64,000 bases of DNA, taken from NCBI GenBank assembly GCA_946413265.1, contig CAMKJU010000003.1, positions 9,087 to 73,086 of the forward strand. Reading direction: 5' to 3'. The notes beneath the pieces were generated by a model that did not search any database, was not told the DNA's origin, and saw nothing but the letters and a program-made list of their open reading frames with translations. The stretch's first letter is position 1; each line of letters starts with the position of its first letter. The position numbers were made by a program, and so were the translations under genes. Source of the stretch: an uncultured Lentisphaerota bacterium. Its GTDB lineage: Bacteria; Verrucomicrobiota; Kiritimatiellia; RFP12; UBA1067. This document shows positions 1 to 8,081 of this stretch, in pieces.

Positions 1-1497
1 GCCGAGGTGAAGAGCATCCCCGGTTCGCACCGGCTCGTCGCCACTGCCACGCCACACCACGGCATCACCGGCGGTTCGCTCTACATCCTCGACCCGCGCA
101 AGGGCGAGGACGGTCTTGCGCCGATCACGCGCCTCACGCCCGAGGTCCCCTTCCCCGAAAGCGAGGGATGGAAACAGCCCGGCACGTACGCAGCTCCCAT
201 GCCCGTCAACGACACGCTGTTTTTCGCGAGCTACTGCGACGATCCAGGGTGGTATCCGCATGGACATCCCCAACATGTCGGCGGCATGGCCGCGTGGCCG
301 GAGCCGCGTTCCAGCGCGATTTGGCTTGTCGATACGCTTGGCGGACGCGAGTTGATCTACAAGGACCCCGCCTACGGCACGTACAACCCAATTCCGGTTG
401 TGAAGCGGAAGAAGCCGCCCGTGCTCGCGTCGTCCCTGCCGCCGAACGCCGGCGACACGGGCGTCTGCTATGTGGAGGACTGCTACGACAGCCGCCACAA
501 CATTCCCAAAAGTTCGATCGCCGCCCTGCGCGTGAACCTCCTACACGGACAGCCAGCAGCCCGCCGCCGGACGACGAACAAGAACAGCGACATCGAACTC
601 TACAAGGAGCCGCTCGGCACGGTGCCGGTGAACCCCGACGGATCCGCGGCGTTCCGCATTCCCGCCGGCGTGCCGCTCCAGCTCCAGGCCATCGACACGA
701 ACGGCATGGCCGTCTTGACCATGCGCAGTTTCATCTACTCGCAGAAGGGCGAAGTGCAGGGCTGCACCGGATGCCACGAGGATAAGCGCTCCAGCCGTTC
801 CGTGACGCGCCACCTGGACGAAATGAAGGTTCACGACATCGCGCCTGAGGTGGATCTGGGCTACAAGGGGTGCATCCGCTACGTGCCGTCGATCCAGCCC
901 ATCTTCGACCGCAAGTGCATCTCCTGCCACGGACTTGGCAAGGCACCCAGCTTCATCGGCGCGGAGGGACACGACCGCCTCGTGCGCGACAAGCAGGTGG
1001 CGTTCATCCCCCGCAACGGCGGGACGACGGTTTCGAGTCCGCGCGAATACTTCGCCGCCGCAAGCCCGCTCACGAAACGGTTGATGTCGGGACATGGTGC
1101 GAAACTCACGCCGGACGAATGGCGCACGCTCGTCCTGTGGATGGACCTCGCCGTGCCGGAGTTCGCGCTCGGCGGCTATGGCTGGAATTTTCCCGAAACG
1201 CGTGAAATCAATCCGGACGGCGAGAAGGCGCTGCGTGCGGCCATCGCGAAGAGGGTCGGCGCGGACGTCGCGGCGCAGCCGTTCGACGCGCTCGTGAACC
1301 GCGCTGACGAAACGAAGAGCCGCGTGCTCTGGCTGTGCAACGCGAAAGACCGCGACGAACTGCTCGCTCTCTGCCGAAAGTCGCTCAAACCGCATCCTGC
1401 CCAGGACATCCAGGGTACGTGCGGACGCGACGGCGCATGCGAATGCAATAGCTGCTGGGTGCGGCGCGGCGGATACAACGTTCCGAAAAGGAGGTAA
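1..1497 (+). CDS. 5'-partial exported protein with two CxxCH haem-c motifs (planctomycete-type cytochrome-c-like C-terminal region)
   Basis: ORF is open to the window edge (track 7..1497). Motifs CTGCH and CISCH are present. IQPIFDRKCISCHG resembles PSCyt1-type domains. Function is inferred from motifs only. Confidence 0.55.
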   Translation, partial: AEVKSIPGSHRLVATATPHHGITGGSLYILDPRKGEDGLAPITRLTPEVPFPESEGWKQPGTYAAPMPVNDTLFFASYCDDPGWYPHGHPQHVGGMAAWPEPRSSAIWLVDTLGGRELIYKDPAYGTYNPIPVVKRKKPPVLASSLPPNAGDTGVCYVEDCYDSRHNIPKSSIAALRVNLLHGQPAARRRTTNKNSDIELYKEPLGTVPVNPDGSAAFRIPAGVPLQLQAIDTNGMAVLTMRSFIYSQKGEVQGCTGCHEDKRSSRSVTRHLDEMKVHDIAPEVDLGYKGCIRYVPSIQPIFDRKCISCHGLGKAPSFIGAEGHDRLVRDKQVAFIPRNGGTTVSSPREYFAAASPLTKRLMSGHGAKLTPDEWRTLVLWMDLAVPEFALGGYGWNFPETREINPDGEKALRAAIAKRVGADVAAQPFDALVNRADETKSRVLWLCNAKDRDELLALCRKSLKPHPAQDIQGTCGRDGACECNSCWVRRGGYNVPKRR

Positions 1498-1503
1498 AGA
1501 CAG

Positions 1504-4500
1504 TTGAAGCGTGGAACAAAATTGTTTTCGATGTTTGCGACGACGATGGGCGTCGCGCTGTCCGCGTTCGGCGCGGGCGTAACCGGCGACGACGCGAAGG
1601 GCGCCGTCACGGGATGGGTGCGGCTGCGTGAGGCGCTGGGCGACGAGATCGACGCCGAGCTGGAGTCGGTCGCGACGTATCCGGGTGCGGACGGCAGGGG
1701 CGAGTTCCACGTGGTGAGCCTGAAGGGCGGCGGCTACGTCATTACTTCGGGCGACACGGAGATCACGCCGATTCTCGGCTACTCGAAGACCGGCACATTC
1801 GACGCAGACGAGAACAGTCCGATGTGGGCGCTCCTGACGGCAGACGTGGCGGCACGGGCCGCGGCGGTGGAGGCAAGCGGTGGGACGACAGCAAGCGTAC
1901 AACAGCAAGGGGTACGGCTTGCGGCGGCGAGCGGGGGGACGACAGCAAGCGTACAACAGCAAGATGGGGGGACAGCAAGCGTACAACAGCAAGAGGGCAA
2001 TGCCGACCAGTGGTCGAGGCTCATGGCGGCGGGCAAGAGCGGCGGGAAGCGGCTTCAGGCGAAGATGTCGTCGCCGCCTGCCGACCTGCGCGTGGCGTCG
2101 TTCGTACGGTCGAAGTGGGGCCAGTCGACGGCGACGTCCGGGAATGGCTACACCCACAACTACTACAACAACTACACGCCGAACAAGTACCCGTGCGGAT
2201 GCGTGGCGACGGCATTTGCGCAGACGATGCGCTATTTCGAGTTTCCGAATACGTCCGTGACCCCGAAGACCTTCACCTGCAAGGTAAGCGGCACTGCCAC
2301 CGACTTGACGATGCAGGGCGGCACGTACGACTGGGCACACATGCCCTACGTTCCGCGCGAGGTGACGTATGACTGGAACAACGTGATCGGCATCGCGAAA
2401 CTGACTTCGGACGCCGGCATTTCCGTCTGCATGAGCTACAAGTCGGGCGGCAGCTCGTCGAGTTCCAGCCGCGTGGGCGACAGCTTCGTGAGCACGTTCG
2501 GCTATTCCAACGCCATCATGGACTACGAGAGCGGTGGCGTCAGGGGCAATACGTTCAAGAAGAACGTCATCCCCAGCCTCGACGCCAAGCTCCCGGTCAT
2601 CCTGGGCATACAGGGCAGGCCGACCGGCAGCGCGACGGCGGATGCCGGACATTCCATCCTGACGGACGGCTACGGCTACTACAACAACCAGCTCTACATC
2701 CATCTGAACATGGGCTGGAGCGGATCGGACGACGCCTGGTACACGCCTGCCGACTCCGACACGGGCGCCATAATCAATTCGAGCGGCTACGACTTCACGA
2801 ACATCACCTGCACGGTGTTCAACATCTTCACGAACGCGACACAGTATTCCGTCATCGCGAGCGGGCGTGTCCTCGACCAGAGCGGCGAGCCGATCTCCGG
2901 CGCGACCGTCACCGCGAAGTACAACAGCACCACATACGCCACCGCGACGAGCGATGCGTACGGCGTGTATGCGCTGATCCTGCCTCCGACCTCGTCGACC
3001 CGCACCTACACGGTGAATGCGACGTGTTTCGGCTACACGAGCACCGGGGCGCGGTCGGTCTCTGCCTCCCGGACGGTAGGCGACGATGTGATCAAGGATG
3101 GAAACAACTATACGGGCTCTTTCTACAACAGGGCGTCCAACAGCAATTCCTACGACAACGATATCACGATGGAGTCGGCCAACCTGCCGCAGGCCGCGAC
3201 GCCGACGAGCGCCACGGCGGCGGAGTTCGGGACGTCCGCAAGCGTGACGCTTACATGTTCGACGGCAGGGGCGTCCATCTACTACACACTCGACGGATCG
3301 ACGCCCACTGTCTCCTCCACGCTCTACACCGGGCCGATCACGCTCACGAAGACGACGACCGTGAAGGCGCTGGCGGCCAAGAGCGGCTACGCTCGCAGCG
3401 ACGTGTTCACGCGCACGTTCGTGAGCGCCGCCGCGATCGACGAGTTCTATTTCCGCCACGACTTCTCAAACGGCACGAGGGTGTTTACGGCGGGCGAGGG
3501 ATCCGGCCTGACGCGAGACCAGACCTCGAGTACCGATTCCAACGCCAAGGCGGTCGAAGGGCCGGACGGCCCCGGAACGGCGCATCACCCCGGAAACGTG
3601 TGGGGACAGTTCGAGGATCCGACCGTCCTGCACGGCGCGTGGTCCGCCGCCATGTCGCTCTGCATGGACGCCACTGAGACCGGCATACTCGTCAGCTTCG
3701 GACGCCTCAACAAGGCTGACCAGAAGGAAGTCGCGCTCCTCTCGTCCTCCACGAAGTCGAACTTCTACTTCAAGGTGATGACGACCGATTCCAACAAGGC
3801 GAAGAGCGTGGAGAACACGTTCACGGTCGTGACCACAAACGACTTGACAGTGGGCTTCCACTCGTTCGTCGTCGCCTACAAGCCCGCGTCGGACGTGCTT
3901 AACGGCATCGGTACGTTCGACATCTACTGCGACGGCGTCCTTGTCCGCACCGTCTCGACCGACACGCCGAAGCTGCTGGGCGCGGACGTGGGCGGAATGC
4001 AGTACTGCATGTTCATGAGCGGCGGGAGCGACCTCACCGCGCTTGGGGCCGTCTCTTCGCAGGCGAACGACGCGGTGGCATTCTACGACTTCCGCTTCTA
4101 CGACCGCGCGTTCACGGCGTCCGAGGCGGCGAAATACGCGGCCGCCTATTATCCGTACGATCCGAACACGCCAGCGCAGTGGACGAACAACGACGGCACG
4201 GGCTCGTTCGACAACGCGGCGAACTGGGCGAACGGCAGAGTCCCGCATTCCGGCGACTTCATCGTCAACATTTCCGGCGATACGGCGATCGCCGTGGCCA
4301 ACACCTACAATCTGGGCGCGATGACCGTGCAGGGGACGGGCAACGTGACGTTCACGGGCGCTGGAAGCATCGGCGCGACGACGCTCGACGTCGCTTCCGG
4401 CCTGACGGTCGATACGTGCGGGAAGCTGACAGTGACCGGTTTCACTGGCGCGGGGAATGTTGTTCTCACGCCTGCCTCCGGCACGCTCGCGATTTCGTCC

Positions 4501-7020
4501 GCCTCGACGCTGACCGGCGATTTGACGATCAAGACCGATAGTTCGGTGGCGTTCAACGTGAACGCGGCAACGAGCGTGAGCAACTTCTTTGTGCGCGCCG
4601 CGACGAACGCGGTCGTCACCATGACAGTCTCCGGTGGATCTTTTGTTTCCACAGAGGCGATCGTCAAGAGCGGCGTCCTGAAGCAGGGCAGTGCAAACGC
4701 GCTCGGCGCGACACCGAAGGTGACGGTCGAGGACGGTGGCACGTTCGACTTCGACGGCAAGGTGATTGGCGACGGCGAGGCTGTTTCCGGGAAGGTTGTG
4801 ACCGAGTTCCACATCGCGGGCGCGGGCGCGGGCGACTGGCCGTGGGCGCTCACGTCTTCCGAGAGCATGACAAGTGGCAAGAATATCTGTATGCTCCACT
4901 TGGATGCCAATGCGACGATTGGCGGCGCAAAAGAGCTGTGGATGGGGGTGCGCAACGGCGCCGGCTGGAGCGCTGCCAACAAAAACCTGAACCTCAACGG
5001 CTTTACGCTCACGAAGACGGGCACGGGGGCGCTGCAGATACGCAGGCCATACTCGAGAGACGAAGGTGCGATAGATGTCCAGGCCGGAACGTTGAGAGTG
5101 AGCGGCTGGAGCAATGCGAATGCGGCGTATGGAGCGAGCTGCGTCAGCAACGTCGCGCTTGTCGTGCATGAAGGTGTAACGGCGGAGAATAGCGTAGGCT
5201 ATCCTCTCTATTTCAAGGCGCTTGACTGTCGCGGGGGAACGCTGACGACCTCCGCAAACGCGTTCGGCATTTGGGAGACGCTGTCCGGGCATGGCACGAC
5301 GGCGAAGCTTTCGTTCGGCGCCGGCGCGACGGCGACGCTTGACGGCAACCTCACGGTGTCCAGCGCAATGACGGCTGCCGGGGCGCTCTCGCTGACGCGG
5401 GCGGCGGGCGTGGAGACGAACGTCACCGTCGCGGCGACGGGGACGCTGACGGCATCTGGCGCGATCACCGTCGGCGCGGGCGTGATATTCAACATTGGCG
5501 CCAATCGTCCGACGGCGACGCTAACGGTCGCGGACGGTGCGACGATAGTCCTACGCAAGAATGATGACCTTGAAGTGAACATCGTTCTCAATGGCACGGC
5601 TAGGCCGCAGAACGTCGTCGTTTACGACACGGACGGCATGACGGTAATTTCAGACCCGACCATCACATACAATTCCGGCGAAGGCACGTTGACCATACGC
5701 GTCGTCTCGCCACATTGGAGGAACAACGACGGCACGGGGTCGCTCGACAGCGCGGCGAACTGGAATGTGATGCCGGAGAGCGGCGACAAAGTCATTCTGG
5801 AACTTTCAGACGACACGTTGATCACTGTAACCAACACGTACAATCTGGGCGTCATGACCGTGACGGGCACGGGCAACGTGACGTTCACGGGCGATGGAAG
5901 CATTGGCGCGACGACGCTCGACGTCGCTTCCGGCCAGACGGTCGATACAAGCGGGAAGCTGACCGTGTCCGGTTTCACAGGCGCGGGAAATGTCGTTCTC
6001 ACGCCCGCCTCCGACACGCTCGCGATTTCGTCCGCCTCGACGCTGACCGGCGACATGACGATCAAGACTGACACCAACACGGCGTTCAGCGTGAACGCCG
6101 CGACGAGCGTCCGCAAGTTCTACGTACACGCCGCGACAAACGCGGTCGTCACCATGACGGTCGGCTCCGGCGGTTCGTTCAAGGCGACCTCTGAGGCGAT
6201 TGTGCAGCACGGCGTTCTGCAGCAGGGTAGTGCAACTGCGCTCGGGACGACGCCCAAGATCAGCGTCGAGGACGGCGGCACGTTTGACATCAATGCAAAG
6301 ACCATCCGGCAGGAGACGCCGATCTACATCGCGGGCGCGGGCGCGGGCGACTGGCCGTGGGCACTCGCCACGTCCTCTGGTGCGATGGCAAGCGGCAACT
6401 ACCTCTATGACCTTTACCTGACGGCGGACGCGACCATCGGAGCCGGGCAGTTCAAGTTGGGGCGCAGCAACAAGAATTCCTTCATCTATCTGAACGGGCA
6501 TACGCTCACCGCGAAATCATGGGTGACGCTCAGGTGCATCAACACAATGGCAGGCACACTCGACCTCCAGGCCGGCGCGACGTTCAACGCCTACAACAAC
6601 CTCAATAAGCAGACCGCATACAGGGGGACGACGATGATTGTCCATCAGGGATTCAACTACAACAACCAGACGGACAGGGAAGTGTACATCTCCTACCTGA
6701 AGATGTACGGTGGTACGATAGGTTACGGCTCCACCGCGAGAGATTTCGGCGTGTGGAACGAGCTTCACGGATACGGCACTGTCAAGAGGCTCGTGATGGG
6801 GTCTGGCGCCAAATACTACCCAGACGGCGCGCACTACCTCGAAGCGTCAGAAAAGCTTTCGGGCACGATGATCATCGACCTGGGCGACATTGACCTGGCC
6901 ACGGTAAAGCGCATCCCGCTCTTCAAGGTCGGAACGGCCGACATGCTGCCTGCGCCGGAGGCGTTGCAGTTCGTCGGTGATTACTATAGAAAGAAATGGC
7001 GGAGGGTTGATGGGGGTTGA
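1504..7020 (+). CDS. giant secreted C10 (streptopain/SpeB-like) cysteine peptidase-adhesin with signal peptide, I69-like propeptide, C10 domain, chitobiase-C-like and LamG-like domains and two PATR-like beta-strand repeat blocks; native 3' end displaced by prophage
   Basis: TTG start with hydrophobic N-terminus. Catalytic Cys context YPCGCVATAFAQTMRYF and His context DAGHSILTDGYG. ASIYYTLDGSTP, FYDFRFYDRAFTASEA and GTGNVTFTG.GSIGATTLDV repeats. The last ~13 codons (DYYRKKWRRVDGG) are prophage-end sequence. Confidence 0.85.
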   Translation: MKRGTKLFSMFATTMGVALSAFGAGVTGDDAKGAVTGWVRLREALGDEIDAELESVATYPGADGRGEFHVVSLKGGGYVITSGDTEITPILGYSKTGTFDADENSPMWALLTADVAARAAAVEASGGTTASVQQQGVRLAAASGGTTASVQQQDGGTASVQQQEGNADQWSRLMAAGKSGGKRLQAKMSSPPADLRVASFVRSKWGQSTATSGNGYTHNYYNNYTPNKYPCGCVATAFAQTMRYFEFPNTSVTPKTFTCKVSGTATDLTMQGGTYDWAHMPYVPREVTYDWNNVIGIAKLTSDAGISVCMSYKSGGSSSSSSRVGDSFVSTFGYSNAIMDYESGGVRGNTFKKNVIPSLDAKLPVILGIQGRPTGSATADAGHSILTDGYGYYNNQLYIHLNMGWSGSDDAWYTPADSDTGAIINSSGYDFTNITCTVFNIFTNATQYSVIASGRVLDQSGEPISGATVTAKYNSTTYATATSDAYGVYALILPPTSSTRTYTVNATCFGYTSTGARSVSASRTVGDDVIKDGNNYTGSFYNRASNSNSYDNDITMESANLPQAATPTSATAAEFGTSASVTLTCSTAGASIYYTLDGSTPTVSSTLYTGPITLTKTTTVKALAAKSGYARSDVFTRTFVSAAAIDEFYFRHDFSNGTRVFTAGEGSGLTRDQTSSTDSNAKAVEGPDGPGTAHHPGNVWGQFEDPTVLHGAWSAAMSLCMDATETGILVSFGRLNKADQKEVALLSSSTKSNFYFKVMTTDSNKAKSVENTFTVVTTNDLTVGFHSFVVAYKPASDVLNGIGTFDIYCDGVLVRTVSTDTPKLLGADVGGMQYCMFMSGGSDLTALGAVSSQANDAVAFYDFRFYDRAFTASEAAKYAAAYYPYDPNTPAQWTNNDGTGSFDNAANWANGRVPHSGDFIVNISGDTAIAVANTYNLGAMTVQGTGNVTFTGAGSIGATTLDVASGLTVDTCGKLTVTGFTGAGNVVLTPASGTLAISSASTLTGDLTIKTDSSVAFNVNAATSVSNFFVRAATNAVVTMTVSGGSFVSTEAIVKSGVLKQGSANALGATPKVTVEDGGTFDFDGKVIGDGEAVSGKVVTEFHIAGAGAGDWPWALTSSESMTSGKNICMLHLDANATIGGAKELWMGVRNGAGWSAANKNLNLNGFTLTKTGTGALQIRRPYSRDEGAIDVQAGTLRVSGWSNANAAYGASCVSNVALVVHEGVTAENSVGYPLYFKALDCRGGTLTTSANAFGIWETLSGHGTTAKLSFGAGATATLDGNLTVSSAMTAAGALSLTRAAGVETNVTVAATGTLTASGAITVGAGVIFNIGANRPTATLTVADGATIVLRKNDDLEVNIVLNGTARPQNVVVYDTDGMTVISDPTITYNSGEGTLTIRVVSPHWRNNDGTGSLDSAANWNVMPESGDKVILELSDDTLITVTNTYNLGVMTVTGTGNVTFTGDGSIGATTLDVASGQTVDTSGKLTVSGFTGAGNVVLTPASDTLAISSASTLTGDMTIKTDTNTAFSVNAATSVRKFYVHAATNAVVTMTVGSGGSFKATSEAIVQHGVLQQGSATALGTTPKISVEDGGTFDINAKTIRQETPIYIAGAGAGDWPWALATSSGAMASGNYLYDLYLTADATIGAGQFKLGRSNKNSFIYLNGHTLTAKSWVTLRCINTMAGTLDLQAGATFNAYNNLNKQTAYRGTTMIVHQGFNYNNQTDREVYISYLKMYGGTIGYGSTARDFGVWNELHGYGTVKRLVMGSGAKYYPDGAHYLEASEKLSGTMIIDLGDIDLATVKRIPLFKVGTADMLPAPEALQFVGDYYRKKWRRVDGG
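1887..1993 (+). repeat. three tandem in-frame copies of the 24-nt motif GACAGCAAGCGTACAACAGCAAGG (starts 1887, 1941, 1971)
   Basis: Exact copies read directly from the sequence. Spacings of 54 and 30 nt are multiples of 3. Each copy is translated as TTASVQQQ in the propeptide-to-catalytic-domain linker. Confidence 0.95.
4170..4850 (+). repeat. intragenic duplication, copy 1 (PATR-like block)
   Basis: Protein segment QWTNNDGTGSFDNAANW...GAGAGDWPWAL recurs at 5707..6365, with long near-identical nucleotide runs (acgggcaacgtgacgttcacgggcg...). Confidence 0.85.
5707..6365 (+). repeat. intragenic duplication, copy 2 (PATR-like block)
   Basis: HWRNNDGTGSLDSAANW...GAGAGDWPWAL is colinear with 4170..4850. 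Confidence 0.85.
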
Positions 7021-7050
7021 AGAGGCTTGATGAGGATTGAAAAGAGTTGA
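7001..7050 (+). repeat. five tandem 10-bp phased repeats nnnGnTTGA at the prophage left end
   Basis: ggagGGTTGA tgggGGTTGA agagGCTTGA tgagGATTGA aaagAGTTGA, with exact 10-nt period, starting ~24 nt inside the junction. Confidence 0.9.
7026..7044 (+). repeat. left-end transposase-site-like inverted repeat (CTTGATGAGGATTGAAAAG)
   Basis: Matches the reverse complement of 40700..40717 (TTTGATTCACGATTGAAG) as TTGAT-n3/4-GATTGAA. Confidence 0.55.
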
Positions 7051-7327
7051 TTTTACTGGGGAAAATGGCGGATGTGGCGGGGAGAGGACTGGATTAGCGC
7101 GGGGAAAGCGCATTAGGGTTGCGCGGAAAGTTTTGGTTTGGGTTGGGGCGTGCTGGGTGTCGCGGTGGTGTGTAGGGCTATTTTGTTTGTCTCGCAGAAC
7201 CTGGTCAAGGCGTTCCAGATGCGATCGTGTGCGGCGCGTTCCATTGGCGCGGCTTCCATCGGTGGATCGCGCCACAGCGTTGCGAAAAGGGTTGTGTTGC
7301 GCTGCTCAAACGCAATCTCGATGCGCA

Positions 7328-7735
7328 TCATTTTGAAGGTGCCTCCAGGCTTTCTGGATCGGTAAGTTCGACGCGGCCGCCGAGTTCGATGAAGAAATGG
7401 GACTCGTCAGGCTCGCCCCATTCTGGGTGCCGACGCTTTGTGGCCGTGGCGTCGACATAGGCATACGGCATTAGACCGCTGGTGGTCTCAATTCCCATGC
7501 ACCAAAAAGCCATGCGCGGAGCATCTTTCGCGTAGCCACGGCGGAACTCTACGATCGGCGTTGTGCTTTCGGTGAACTTGCGGTCCCAGTTGTGAAGCCG
7601 CTTCCGCCAGTAGAGCGTGGGGAGCCGGTATTCCTCGCGCTTCTCGCCGGAGGCGATCATATCGAACCACTTGCCCTTCAGGACGAGCGGAAGGATGGAA
7701 CACTGGCTTCGCGGTAGTTTCAACAATTCAGCCAC
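7328..7735 (-). CDS. ASCH-domain-like protein
   Basis: LPLVLKGKWFDMIASGEKREEYR resembles the ASCH core. Lies in the minus-strand phage operon. Confidence 0.55.
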   Translation of the reverse strand: MAELLKLPRSQCSILPLVLKGKWFDMIASGEKREEYRLPTLYWRKRLHNWDRKFTESTTPIVEFRRGYAKDAPRMAFWCMGIETTSGLMPYAYVDATATKRRHPEWGEPDESHFFIELGGRVELTDPESLEAPSK

Positions 7736-7739
7736 TCTA

Positions 7740-8018
7740 TCATTCTCCGGTTGTATGCTCCAATCCTGTCTCGCGAGCAGAACGCTCTGCCGTCACGCCT
7801 CTTTTTCTTTCTTCGCACACTCTCTGAAAGATGTCCGACAACGCGCTCCATTCGTGGTCCATTCGCCCAGAAGCGTCACAACAGTTCCAGACCCGCGCGA
7901 AATACATCCGCGTCAGACCAGACAGCAGCCCGTAGAACTCGTTTTCGCTTAGTGCTTTGATGCACAGTTCACCGGCGACCATCTTGTTAATCATTGCTTG
8001 TTTCTCTTGGTCTGTCAT
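7740..8018 (-). CDS. hypothetical phage protein
   Basis: ORF sits tightly between the ASCH and portal genes on the same strand. Confidence 0.5.
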   Translation of the reverse strand: MTDQEKQAMINKMVAGELCIKALSENEFYGLLSGLTRMYFARVWNCCDASGRMDHEWSALSDIFQRVCEERKRGVTAERSARETGLEHTTGE

Positions 8019-8081
8019 TACCTATCTGCCTTTCTTGCGAGTTGGAGCTGTTTTTGGGGAAAGGCCGAGCGAGCTCGGCCA

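Noticed and set aside
1887-1993. Possible CRISPR array, because the 24-nt repeats have short spacers
   Set aside because: There are only three units, with 30- and 6-nt gaps, all in-frame inside a CDS. There are no cas genes, and the other copies are dispersed singly at gene boundaries.
541-5292. Very long minus-strand ORFs (541..3459 at 972 aa, 3466..5292 at 608 aa) antisense to the adhesin gene
   Set aside because: Their composition is Arg/Ala/Gly/Pro-rich and low in complexity, typical of shadow ORFs in high-GC DNA. The plus-strand frame has clear domain signatures (C10 Cys/His, LamG, PATR-like repeats).
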